Source of the DNA: Tubiluchus corallicola
Lineage: Eukaryota; Animalia; Priapulida
NCBI GenBank assembly: GCA_030141605.1
Contig: JAQGDQ010000022.1
Coordinates: 620,001 to 684,000, forward strand
Length of the DNA: 64,000 bases
Reading direction: 5' to 3'
Shown here: positions 31,695-46,575 of the stretch, in pieces
Layout of the letters: each line of letters opens with the position of its first letter
Numbering within the stretch: the first letter of the stretch is position 1
Made by a program: the position numbers and the translations under genes
Notes under the pieces: model-generated
What the model saw: the letters and a program-made list of their open reading frames with translations, nothing else
Told to the model about the DNA's origin: nothing
Database searches by the model: none

Positions 31695-34600
31695 ATGGTG
31701 TTCAAGACCTGGAGATTATATTGTACGTGCGCGATTCTTTGCGTGCTAGTTTTCGAGCCAATTGCTGCACAAAAACGTAAAGAAAGATCTACGACCACAC
31801 GCAGGCCGACGACAACGACAACACCGACGACAGAAACAACGGCGATAAGTGAAACAGAGCCGATGACACTGGAAACAACGCCAACTACCGAGGGTTATGA
31901 CGATTTTGATCATCGTGAAGGTGACAGTCGCAGTGATGACAACAACAGTGAGCACGAGGATACAGAAGGTCGTTCAAAAGATTTTATTAATCAGATTATT
32001 AAGGAAAGGAGAAGAAATCCGCCTGTTTTGGGTTTAAGGTTTAACAAGGAAGAATTACCAAGAAACAGAAGACGAGAAGCAGGTAGACGAAATCAGCTGG
32101 TTAGAAATCGTCCGAGAGAAGCAAGACTGGAAAAAGAGGATGACATGACTGAAATGATAAACAAACTGGTGAGAGGCATGGATGAAATGACACAAAAATT
32201 GAACGCCATGCAAGTAAAGGTAAGTGTAAGTTCTTTGTCTCTCACTAATTCACTTTTTCTCTCTCCTTCTACCTTCTTTTTCCCCCCTCTCCCTCGTTCT
32301 CGGTCGTCCTCTTCTCTCGCATTCTCTTTTCCCGTTCCTCTATTTTCTTTGCTTTTCTCTTCTCAGCTTCCCTTTACTCTCCGCTCTCTTTCCCTCCACC
32401 TTTCCCTTATTCTCGCCCCTTTTCTCTGTTATTATTTCTTCCTCTATTCCTCCTGTCTTTTACCCACCACTCCGTTTTATTCTCCTCTCCTTTCTGTCTC
32501 TCTTGCTTTTCTCCCCTGTCTTTCTCCTCCTCCTCTCTCTCTTATTTCCTTTTCTCCTTTTCCTTCGTCTTTTCCACTCGCTTACTATGTTTTGGTAATG
32601 TCTAAATTGTCCAACCTTACTGATAATTTATAAAATAAAAAAAGAAAACAGTGTCATTACGCTATCTGTTTTTAGTTGGATGTGCTTGACCAGAACAAGG
32701 TCGTGGACGACGTGGCTGACAACCTCATCTACAATCTTGGTGTACAGATGTGCATACAACCAAACAGAACAGGTAAAATAGCTACAAAAATTATAGATTG
32801 AGTTCTTTTACCTTCCTTGAGAATAATAGTTTTTGTTGTTGTTGTAGCCGCAGCGATAACAACTATGTTTAGGTTCATTGTAATCTGACTGGGGCACTGC
32901 TATACGAAACTTATATTGAACACATGGCTGTGGTATTCGACGGACAACGTTTTTAGTGGCCAGCTAAACTTTTTGAGACGGACCATACTTAGAGTATTAC
33001 TAGATGAACATCTTAATGTCTCTGCTGTTTCAACAGCACTTTGTTGCAGGTTTGTGAACTTCTTGTGAACCAGCTTAAAGCTCTTTTCACGGTAACCATA
33101 ATCGAAACACTAAATAGATGAACTTCGTAGTTATTCTGACGGAAGTCCTAAAGTCTTAATAACAGCTGTTTGCCATAAGTCATATTCGCCACAGATGCAC
33201 CTTTTAATCATCTCATTCATCCTAGTGGAATAAATTTATCATTGATGGATGATACTCCTAGCAACTCTGCTATAAGCACCAGAGGAATTTAACACTTTTC
33301 AGAAATTCAGAAACTGTGATTCTTGAATGTGCTCTGGTGTACAAACAACGCACGCCTGCTACTTTGGTATAGGGAATGCAGCAGACGTTCCAAGTAGTGA
33401 TACTTTAGTTACATCATCACATTAACCAAACAACTGCATCACACGGGAATAATGTGAACCTGCCTTAATTAATCTTACAAATAAAGTGATGCCGTATCAA
33501 CAAATTATAAAAACACGATTTGGGCTCCGATTTATGCAATACACTGCATTGTTTTATTACTGTAGAATATCCGAAAGACTGTGCAGATATCTGGAGGTAT
33601 AACATGAGCGCCCGCACTGGAATTTACAAAATTAAACCCCGGCTAGCAGATGAACCATTTCATGTGGTATGTGACATGGAAACTGAAGGTGGAGGTTGGA
33701 CGGTGTTCCAGCGACGCATGGACGGATCCATTGACTTCCATCGCGGATGGGACGCATACAAATCTGGTTTTGGTCGGATGACTGGAGAATATTGGCTGGG
33801 TGAGTTAGATATTCTAAGCTAGGGGCTGTTCGGTGAATGTATGGGCGGATGACTGGAGAATATTGGCTGGGTGAGTTATATATTCTAAGCTAGGGGCTGT
33901 TCGGTGAATGTATGGGCGGCTGCCAAAAAATGGTTTCTGGGCGATTTCATCTGTAATACTAGTTACTACCATTACTTTCACTAAAGGTATACGCATAAGA
34001 TTTTGCCAATACACCTCTTCTAGTGTGATTGGCATTTATGATTGGTATCTTAGAGTACTATCCTTGTTAGCGAGGTAGATTATGGTCCTGGTACACCGTC
34101 AGCATAATAAATCGAGTTGTTAATCGGCGCTCATAATTCGACGGCACGCCGGCTTCTACAAAGACAACAGGTAATTCTGTTAGCCGTGCGAATGCCTATT
34201 TTAGCTAATACGTTTTCATTTTTGGTGCAAAATAAGGCTAGGTTTACACATGGAGCGATTACTGTATAGCAATTTTAAAATGCCTGACTGAATCCCTAAC
34301 AGTGCTGCGCCTTATATTTGGTTAATGTTTATTTGCAATTTTCTTTTAAAAATAGGGCTGGATAAGCTGAGTGCCATCACGCAATCAAAGAGGTCAGAAT
34401 TAAGAATTGACATGGGTGACACCGAGGGAAATTTTCGATACGCCAGTTATGACTATTTTGCCGTCGCCGCTGCCGATGCTTTATATAGGATGAGTCTTGG
34501 TGCTTATTATGGAACAGCAGGTATAGTAATCTCGTAACTTTTGTTAGTTGACACGAGAAACGAAACTCATTAATAAAGTTGTGACGCTGCTTCGTGCACA

Positions 34601-36565
34601 CATACTAATTATTTGCTTATAATATTATTAAACATTTGAAATCTTTCGCAGCACGACAGTCTGTCAGTCAGTCAACAAGTTAGAGAAGACAGACAGACAG
34701 ACAAACAAACAACAATAACATAGCAGTAGCAAGAACAACAATACACAACAGCATGAGCAACAACAACGAGAACAGTAGTACCCGTAACAACAACAATGGC
34801 AACAGCAATAACAGCAGCAGCAGCAGCAACAACAACAACAACAACAACACCAGCAGCAACAGCGGCAACGGCAAAAACAACAACAACAGAACAAGAACAG
34901 CAGCAACAACAGCAACTGGAGCAAAAACAGCAACAGCAGTAGCAACAACGGAATTTTATTTCTTACGATTTTTACAGGTGACTCGCTTACGCGTCACAGA
35001 AACATGCCCTTTTCCACGAAAGATTCGGACCATGACAAATTCGCAGGAAATTGTGCAGTAACATGTTTAGGCGCATGGTGGTAAGTGAAATAATTCATAC
35101 TATATAATATAACTTAAATGCCTATATTTGACATTAGCAAGAATTCGTCTTCTGTCCTGTATAATATGCAAATACACCTAGAATGTTAGACAATAGACTT
35201 CCGTCAGATCTGTCTGTGCCACCACCTTGCACAAGGTGACATACTGAAATCATTTTGGTAATAAGAAATTCATTTTTGGGCTATTTAACAAAGTATGCTA
35301 GGGCAAAATATGTCTAGAGGCTAAAGCTAAGTAATTTATAGGTCGTTTTTTGTCAAGTTCCGTCACATTTGTGTCAATTTTCAACATTGTCAAAGCAGTG
35401 GTAACAGTAGTAACAATCTAGCCTATTATGAGCTTGCATATTATGTTAATTGTGACAAGCTGTTACTTTAAAAAATGGTAATGCACCTCTCAGGTCGCTA
35501 AACAATTATTCTTTTTGAAACATATAGTCAGCTTTAGTGACAGTTTTATGAATTATTATGAACGACAAATATATTTGTTGTTTATAACTGATAATACTTG
35601 GCCTTAGACTTGTAACTGACGAAAAAACTTAGATGAGGTTAGATGAGATATTAACAACCTAGCAATTTATTTGAATGGGGAAAATGCAACTGGAGAAACA
35701 ATAACAAATCATTCATTAGCTAAAGTGTTCTCGTCTGTCTATCACCTTATTCATTCAGTCATCTGTTCTGTCATTAACTAATCTATTGTTTTGTCTACTT
35801 TTATATACACCCAAGTATTCATTTTGGTGCAAGTTTTTTATTTCGCTATTTTATACGCTAGTACATCCGGTTCACACATATTTTCGACATATTATGCTAA
35901 TCAATGCGTTTCTTCACATAAACCGCGTGCAAGCAGGGAGAGCATTTCTAAACGCGAATACAACAGTTTTAGGTCCAAAAACTGGATTCCTGAATCCTGT
36001 AACTAATTTGCCAGTGGATAGGAATTACTAGTTTATATTTTTTTAAATGAGGTTGTAAAAATCTCATCTGCCATTGTCCTTGTACGTATATTCCAATTGA
36101 TACGATATGTATCGAGGGCTAAAATAAATAAGTAAAAACAAAATCTAAATCTACATACAATATTGCCACGTATTCACTTGCTAATTTGTTCTTTTTCCGC
36201 GAAGTTATTAGGTTGTTCATTATTTTATTCATTCTTGTAATAATTCTTTTGTTTATTCACTTAACGAGGCATGGTACTTGCTCATTTCTTTACTCATTCA
36301 TTCACTCGCACCTTCATTGTTTTCGTCTGCCGGTTGATCAATTTAATCATTTTTTGCGGGCGTAGTCATTCGCTCAATCATTCATTTTTGAACGTTTTTC
36401 AGGTACGAAAACTGTCACGACTCTAACCTTAACGGCAAATATCACTTGGGACCCCACAAAAGTTTTGCAGACGGCGTGAACTGGCGGTCGTGGCACGATT
36501 ATTATTATTCTTTGCGAAAAACTGAAATGAAAGTGCGCCCCGTGGGCTTCATGGATATGAATTGA
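31695..36565 (+). CDS. Secreted fibrinogen-related domain protein (FReD; angiopoietin-like / techylectin-like)
   Basis: Exons 31695-32219 (signal peptide, Thr-rich, acidic and basic segments, start of a coiled coil), 32676-32772, 33566-33799 (YPKDC...[37 protein letters not shown]...EYWLG), 34356-34520, 34978-35080 (FSTKDSDHD...CAV...GAWW), 36403-36565 ([11 protein letters not shown]...EMKVRP). AATAAA at 36587. Confidence 0.93.
32230..32582. repeat. Long pyrimidine-rich low-complexity tract
   Basis: About 350 bp of C/T-rich sequence in FReD intron 1. It explains the spurious C-terminal part of ORF 31572-32633. Confidence 0.85.
33775..33919 (+). repeat. 71-bp tandem duplication spanning an exon-intron junction
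   Basis: CGGATGACTGGAGAATATTGGCTGG|GTGAGTTA(G/T)ATATTCTAAGCTAGGGGCTGTTCGGTGAATGTATGGG at 33775 and 33846, with one mismatch. Confidence 0.95.
34700..34950. repeat. Compound (CAA/CAG)n microsatellite
   Basis: Intronic, ending about 25 bp before the FReD acceptor at 34977. Confidence 0.9.
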
Positions 36566-39500
36566 ACTATCGACAAAAGAAACCAGAATAAATGTACATG
36601 TTGATTTAACTGGTTAACGCGGCATATATTAGGTCTACTGGCTGTTGAACGTAGCTGTAGATGTTTATTACGTCAAATCTCAAAGCAATGAGTGTAAAAT
36701 ACATGAGGTTAACAAGCAAACAATTAGTCAGCCCCAAATACTTATGGTAGAGTCTGGTGTCACAGCAATCGTGCGACGGTTCACGCTGCGAAATAACATT
36801 AATATTACTTGTATTAAGATTAAATTTTGACGTTGCGTGCCGTATTACTGTTACTGTGATAATGAGCAGTGAATAGGCCAGGGACTTGTATGCAGAGCCC
36901 TAAACGTGGCTCAAATTTAAGCTGGGCCATCTAACGGTAGAATTTTAGAAACTCACACGAGTCAAACTGTTACTATATCAATGGCCTATTGAAGTGTTGG
37001 TAAAATGATAGTTATATTTTTTGTGTTATCAATAAAGATTTTTGCTTAAAATTGGAATGTGGCTGTGGTTTTTATAAATGTAGTTCATAAACCTACGCTT
37101 ACAACGAATTGGATAACTGCATAAAATTAGCCTTGTTTATAAAACATTGGCAGCTTATTTGTATTACTTAACTGCTGTAATCTGGAACAACAGCTTAATA
37201 TTTTTTCTTTATTGACAATAGAAGGAGCCAACTTATGAATAATATGCTATTACAAACATTGTTTATAGTATCAAGTGTTATCGTTTACTAAAATTATTAT
37301 TGAACCAAAGCGAATTCACCTTTAAAAAAGCAATCTAGGATCATTTATTAAATTTTTCTACCTCATAATGTCGTGAAGTCCACTATTATTTTTGTCACTT
37401 AGAATAACAGTTTTACAGGTCTACCCTCTTTCTACAGTTTGAAAGTTGACTGAACTTGACTACATTGTAACGGTGTTTAGTTTGCCCTAGGCTACAGGCC
37501 CACAAGCATAAAAATAATAGGTTTGAATCCTGCTGGTTTCCCCTGCTGTAGCACCAATAAAAAATAAAACTGCCACTGCACGTAGATAATAATTAATTAT
37601 AGACTGCAGAATCCTAAATAGTGTATTTTATTACAGTAAATTGTGGGCCAACGTAAGATTTTCTATATAAGTGTTCTGTTTAAAAATTGCAGTTACACTT
37701 TTGCGGTATAGTGCATAGTGTCACTGAATAACAAGCTACAGGGATCTACTTAAGAGTATTCACTGATGTAGCCAATTAATCCATAACATCTGATTTTCAC
37801 TTTTGGGAAACTTGCTAACATAGGCTAAAACCAATAAATTAATTTCAATCACAGCTCTGGAATTTCCTTTATATTATACCTATTCTTTTCACCACATATT
37901 TATAAACAGTCTTTGTGAAACAACTGTTTAACAATTCAGAACACACACTGCACGTAGCCTTCATTCACTTTTCAATTTTTCGTAACTCAAGTTTTACATT
38001 TAAGCAGTCTGAATAAAGTAATTGTAAGTGCTTTAACTATATCTTGTTGGTTAGGCAGAGCAACAGGGCATGACATAGCACATCAGCTTCTGACAGTAAT
38101 TTTATGGTCACCAAGTAATAACGAAAAACAAAGTATTAATAGTAGATTTCATTTATTTCCTAGGATTGTTCTATTTTTTATTTACAATAGTAAATGTAAT
38201 TCTAGCCTACAGTTTCTAAGATCTAATTGCTATATACACAATTCATAGTACACACATTTACAAACATACATATTAGGCTAGTACTTGTGCAAAAGAAACA
38301 GTATTGTGCATGGAAAATGTTTCTTACTTCGAGTGTTAACATAGCAATTCTGCCTTGGCAAGAGAATGTCAAAATAATCAAAATAGCTACAATTAGCAAT
38401 AATATCATAATATCATGAAATGAATAAAAATTGAGCAAAGGTGGCAAAGAAATAAATGAAGTTTCAAATACCATACAGATTTTAATGAAGCACAAATAAT
38501 TAATCCTCTATCACTCGTGTAATAAAACCACGTGTAGCTATTGCCTTAACATTTCTTCTACATACTGTAGTCCCTTGTCCAAAGTTTAAATTAAGCAAAA
38601 TGGAAAAATAAGAAATGTACATGTACATCACATGAAAAACCTACGAGAAGAATAGGTCTTTAGACTATTGAAGACCATAGATATGACTCAACTGCCACGT
38701 GCTAGATTAATTAAAAGTGTGAAGCCAAAGCATTAACCATTCTTTAATACATCTGTATAAAAAATTAAAAACTAATTTAAACTTTTAGAAAAATACCACA
38801 GCTTGTACAAAATTAGATAAATGGAAAAGATTAATCAAACACCGGAGTGACAGAAACAAACGACCCCAAAAGAAAGTACTGATTCCCTATAAAATTCAGT
38901 CATGGATGTTAACTAGGTATGCCATTGGTCCGTAATGTAGCAAAGATTGTATATTATGCATAAACATTGAGTTTCTGCACTCCAAAAAACAGAACAGACA
39001 AATGTTTTCTACAATAGATGAATAATGTTTCGATAAAAGAATAGCAAAGAAAATGATTATAAATCAATTGCAGTAGGAATAGCAAGCTACAGATACAGTT
39101 TAAAGTTTATCTCACAAAGACTGTTAAATTGAACAAAATTTTTAAAATTCATAAATGTATTTGTTTCATTTTTTGAAGAATATTGCTAAGCAAACTTATG
39201 TAGCCTCTTCAGATATGAGAATAATACATGCCTGGAATGTTAGTTGTTAATTTATTTAAAAATATTTCTCTAAATGTTGCAGTCGAAATACATACTGATC
39301 TTTTCCCCCGTTTAATATTGGTGGCACTACTACTCTATATATTAAACTAGTGCTAAATATTCCAAAATGAAATTAAATACGTAGGGACATAATAAATTTC
39401 ATTACAAAACTTCAGATCTGCAACACAGTATGTAAAGTATGTCTAAAATATGTCTAACTGCTAAATTTAATGAAAAAAACTTAAGTTTTATGAAGACAAT

Positions 39501-40357
39501 TTAATGCCAAAATTTGACGCAGAAAGATTTGGTTATTTTTAACAATTTAATCAGCGTGTTTTTGTAATCAATGAACTGGTGGTTTCCCAGTACTAGTAAC
39601 TCTAATCATCAATGCGAGTTTCAAATGAACGTCATACAAAAGGCAAGTTAAACCGAAATACCAACTTTACAAACAGTTTTGTGCCAGAAATACATTACAT
39701 AACATTTAGTTTAAATGGCAGTTTTGTCAGCGCATCCATTTCCAAATTTTTACTTCTCTAATTTTGCAAACACAGCTCAACAATAGGCCGATTAGTGTAA
39801 TTAGTACTTCTACTTGTACTAATAATAGCACTAAAATCATGAAAATGACGTTTTTTATGGCAAAAGTTGCCATTATGTCAGTATTCCTAATTTAATATTA
39901 ATTTCTTCACTGGGACAAGTTACTTCTTCAGAGCAATAATAATGACCATATTATTACATAACGACATAAAATGAAGAGCTAAAATTAGTAGTTATTTTTA
40001 GTAGTTATTCAACAACATTTAGGATGAAGTACTAGCATTTACTCTGAAGAAGGCTAGGGCAGTGCCACGAGTTTTGCTAACTTAGTCAAAATCAAATTAG
40101 CCAAGGATGTCCCGCACTATACATAACAGGCTCACAGGGTGCTATAACTAGTTTAGCCATCGCCTTGACAACACTTTTATGTTGTATTAATCGCTAGTCT
40201 GTCTTGGTACAATGAAACCTGGAACTAACAGAGACATCAAACACTTTAAATAAGTTTACCTATGGAATTTATGCAAGAAAGAAAGCCACGAAGTGTAATA
40301 ATTACATAAAATTAAAATTAAATACTAAGCAAATTTCATAATCCAGGAGGGTCACTG

Positions 40358-43561
<3,204 letters not shown>

Positions 43562-44027
43562 CTTTGTTTGTGATTATTACGTCACTCCGTGTGACTAGTA
43601 TGCTCTCCCCTCTGTTGGCGAAATGAAAACATAATTATTTTGTGTAACCAAAGCAAATTCACTGAACCCACTTAGCCTAATATAAAATTATTAGCTTGAA
43701 TGTAAAAAATAAAAATCAATAAATTACTATTTCTACATTCGCGTTCAGTTGCTATAGTTCGTTGCATCACAAAGAATATGATAAATTGTACTGGGCTTAT
43801 ACCAAAGGCGTTTGCCATCCTGGCTGGAATAAAAATTGCAAAAGTTTATTATCTTAGTTGCTTGATGTCTCTCACCTATGTTTTTGTTTTTGTGTTGCAA
43901 CAGCACCAAATTCTTGACGTTCATCTACTTTCATTTGCAGTTTGTGCACCGCCCTCTGCTGGTCACTAAAACATGAAATCAACAGTTTGTGCAAGTGTGC
44001 TTCCCTCCCCACCTGATGGCTCATAAT

Positions 44028-46575
44028 CAGGCCACTTTATTTAGGTCATTTGACCTAAATAGCTTATTTAGGTTGTTTTTCAGATTTTATTTAGATCATT
44101 TTAGGTTTTTGTTAAATTAGTGCTGAATTCGATGCCAAAAAGTCAGATTTATAGGCTGTTATAGTGTTATTCATTTATTTTGTTCTTTCATTTCAACACT
44201 GTGAATAAATTCTACCAAATTATTCCTTATCACTATCAGTTATCACATTTTCATCAGTTCAAAAAGCTTTTTTGTTTGGAGGCACCCCTCCAGGCTGAAG
44301 TCTGTCATGCTCTGCTTGTAGCAATCTTTGATTTCCCCAACAATGCTAAAGTCAGTCTCTACAGTAGCAGTTGACGGAAAGAGAGTTGCATGTCCTCCAG
44401 AAAATTCCATCAAGGAAGAGTAGCGATCGAAGTTCTTCCAAGCTTGGAGGAACGGTGTGTCGTCCGTCATCGAATCCAATGCAGTCTTGGTGGGTTCATT
44501 GTCTCTGTAGTCTTTCTTCAGACCATGAAATTCTGTCTCAAGGTTTTCAATCTGTTTTTGGTCCCATCCAGCATCTCGGAGACGAACTAAATTTTTTCGA
44601 ATCAAGTTTGTTAAATCCGCTCCTGACAGCTTCACCAAGGCTCGAGGCAATAAATTTGGGAGTTCCAACAAACTTGCCCCAGTCTCCTCGTCAGCATCGA
44701 GAACACCTTGAATTCCGCCGACTAGTCCGGTGAACAGCCTCCCAAAGGATCGGTAAATCTTCACCCTCTCATCTTCCATACAGCCATCCAGTACATTCGA
44801 GACCCACAAACCCAAATTGAAAGTGAACCTCTCCCCTTCTTCATCGGAACACACGAATTTTCCATCGTCATCTTCTTCAACTTCACACAGCTCCTTTAAA
44901 TTCGAAATGAGTTTCCTGACTTTCTCTCGTTGCTCCATCAGGTGAATTTTCTTTCCCTGTAGGTAAGACACTGTAACTTGGACATCAGTGGCAACCAAAT
45001 TCAGTCCACATAGTAGGACCCACCACGGTCCGGGTTACGAGCTTCACCTACACCAGGGTTCTTTTCCTCCAAGTACACAAGCACTCTTTCCTTGTGCTCC
45101 ACAAGCCAAGAAGTCACCCGCTTCATCGAACTCCACCTCGTGCTCACGAACCGCAGACAGGTAGATTTCATCTCGGATTGTAGATTGTATTGCCTCCACA
45201 AATAGTTGATCAACTGGCAGAGACTGGGAACGAAATTTCCTTCACCGAATTCCGAGTACTTGTCCTGCATGACAAGGTCAATCTGATGTAACTGGCACCA
45301 TACCTTGAAGATTGGCTCCTCAGCTGTCTGTCCAAAACGAGTTGCCACACCTGAGATGGTGCCCGTCATTGTAGGTTCACCATCACTAGTGAAAGCGATC
45401 AGTCGTCGATGCCAGGTTGGCAGAATCGCGTCCAGCAACTTGACGCATGCATTGAAAATGTTTGCAGCTGTTTTCCGGTAATGCATTGTGGCACAGCGAG
45501 CAAGTGGAGATTCTGCACATCTCCAGCATAGTAGAATAGGACAAGAATGTCGAGGTAGTTCATTCAACATTTGTGGCCTGAGTCAATTGCAATTGAGAAA
45601 GCTCAACAACACTTGCTTAGGATGTCTGAGAGCTTTTGCAGGTTCGCTACAACAACAACACGTACAAACGTTGCACATTTTCCTTCGGTGCAGCCCACGT
45701 AAACAGCAGAGTTTGTTTCCTCTTTTGTTGACTTAACGAAAGCCGCAGCTTGTCGGAAACTGGCTCCATCGCAAATAAACTTGACTGCTAGTCGAAACTG
45801 AGAAGACGACGTTAGGTTGACCTCAAGCTGATTGTCGTCATCCGTGTCCTCGAACACTGCCATTGCACGAGCGAAAGAAAGTCCCTCGAGGTCATCAGGA
45901 TCGAACAACATCCCACCAATGATGTCATTCACGATTGAGGCTTTCACTTTGAAGCGAATAGGTGCCTCACCTTCAAAATGGATCGCCAAAGTTTGCTCTC
46001 GAGGGACAGTTTTGTCAAAGAATTTCCTCTTATCTTCTGAACTGAGTTTTTGATAATCACTCCACCCAACTCTATGTTGATTTTCTAAATGTTGTTTGTA
46101 GTGACCTGCTCGAAATGTTGTGAACAGCTTGACGTTTTCTGTTCGCTGGCGTTTGGCTCCTGGCTTCTCCTCGCGACCAAAATAATAACAAAACTGACAT
46201 CGTAAAGCCACGACTGCCTGCGTCTTCGGGTGCCTCTGCACGATCTTCAGCCCATAAGCAAGCTCTTGGGATGGACTAAAAGAAGCCATCTATAACTGAG
46301 GAGAGACAATGAAGAATTAGAACGAGTAGGCCTAGTCTCGTTTAAGTAAAAGAAAGTATGGGGGCTTGACGACGCAACAATCAGTGACGTCACAATGACT
46401 AGTCACAATGATTACGGGACGCCACGTGGCTTGTTTATTCAAATTCTCGCTCCTCCGACGCACAAAAAAGCAGCGACGATCCGAAAAATGAAAAAGAGCA
46501 AAAATGTTATTTAGGTTATTTTTCAAATCTTATTTAGGTCATTTTAGGCCTAAACAACCTAAATAAAGTGGCCTG
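44028..46575 (-). mobile_element. Full-length hAT-superfamily DNA transposon (2548 bp)
   Basis: Perfect 19-bp TIRs CAGGCCACTTTATTTAGGT. Perfect 8-bp TSD CTCATAAT (44020-44027 and 46576-46583). Subterminal TATTTAGGT repeats at both ends. Internal transposase. Confidence 0.96.
44243..46289 (-). pseudogene. Disabled intronless hAT transposase
   Basis: Joining the three ORFs gives an N-terminal Zn finger (CQFC...HLENQH), FSIAID (first catalytic D), FTSDGEPTMTG (second D), WCQLHQIDL (CxxH), STRWSS and TATVETDFS (catalytic E, dimerisation region). Lesions: TGA at ~45603 (probably TGG), TGA at ~45564, frameshifts at ~45490 and ~45030. Confidence 0.9.

Noticed and set aside
32220-32633. Hydrophobic membrane-like C-terminus of ORF 31572-32633
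   Set aside because: Read-through into a pyrimidine-rich intron after a perfect GTAAGT donor.
32930-33400. Possible highly decayed LINE fragment (LRVLLDEHL-like)
   Set aside because: Only one short motif with no sustained reading frame, too weak to call without a search.
34664-35061. Poly-Cys, poly-Leu and poly-Asn ORFs
   Set aside because: These are translations of an intronic CAA/CAG microsatellite. The real exon starts at 34978 in another frame.
44371-46053. Plus-strand ORFs within the hAT element
   Set aside because: Antisense shadows of the GC-richer transposase with no recognisable motifs.
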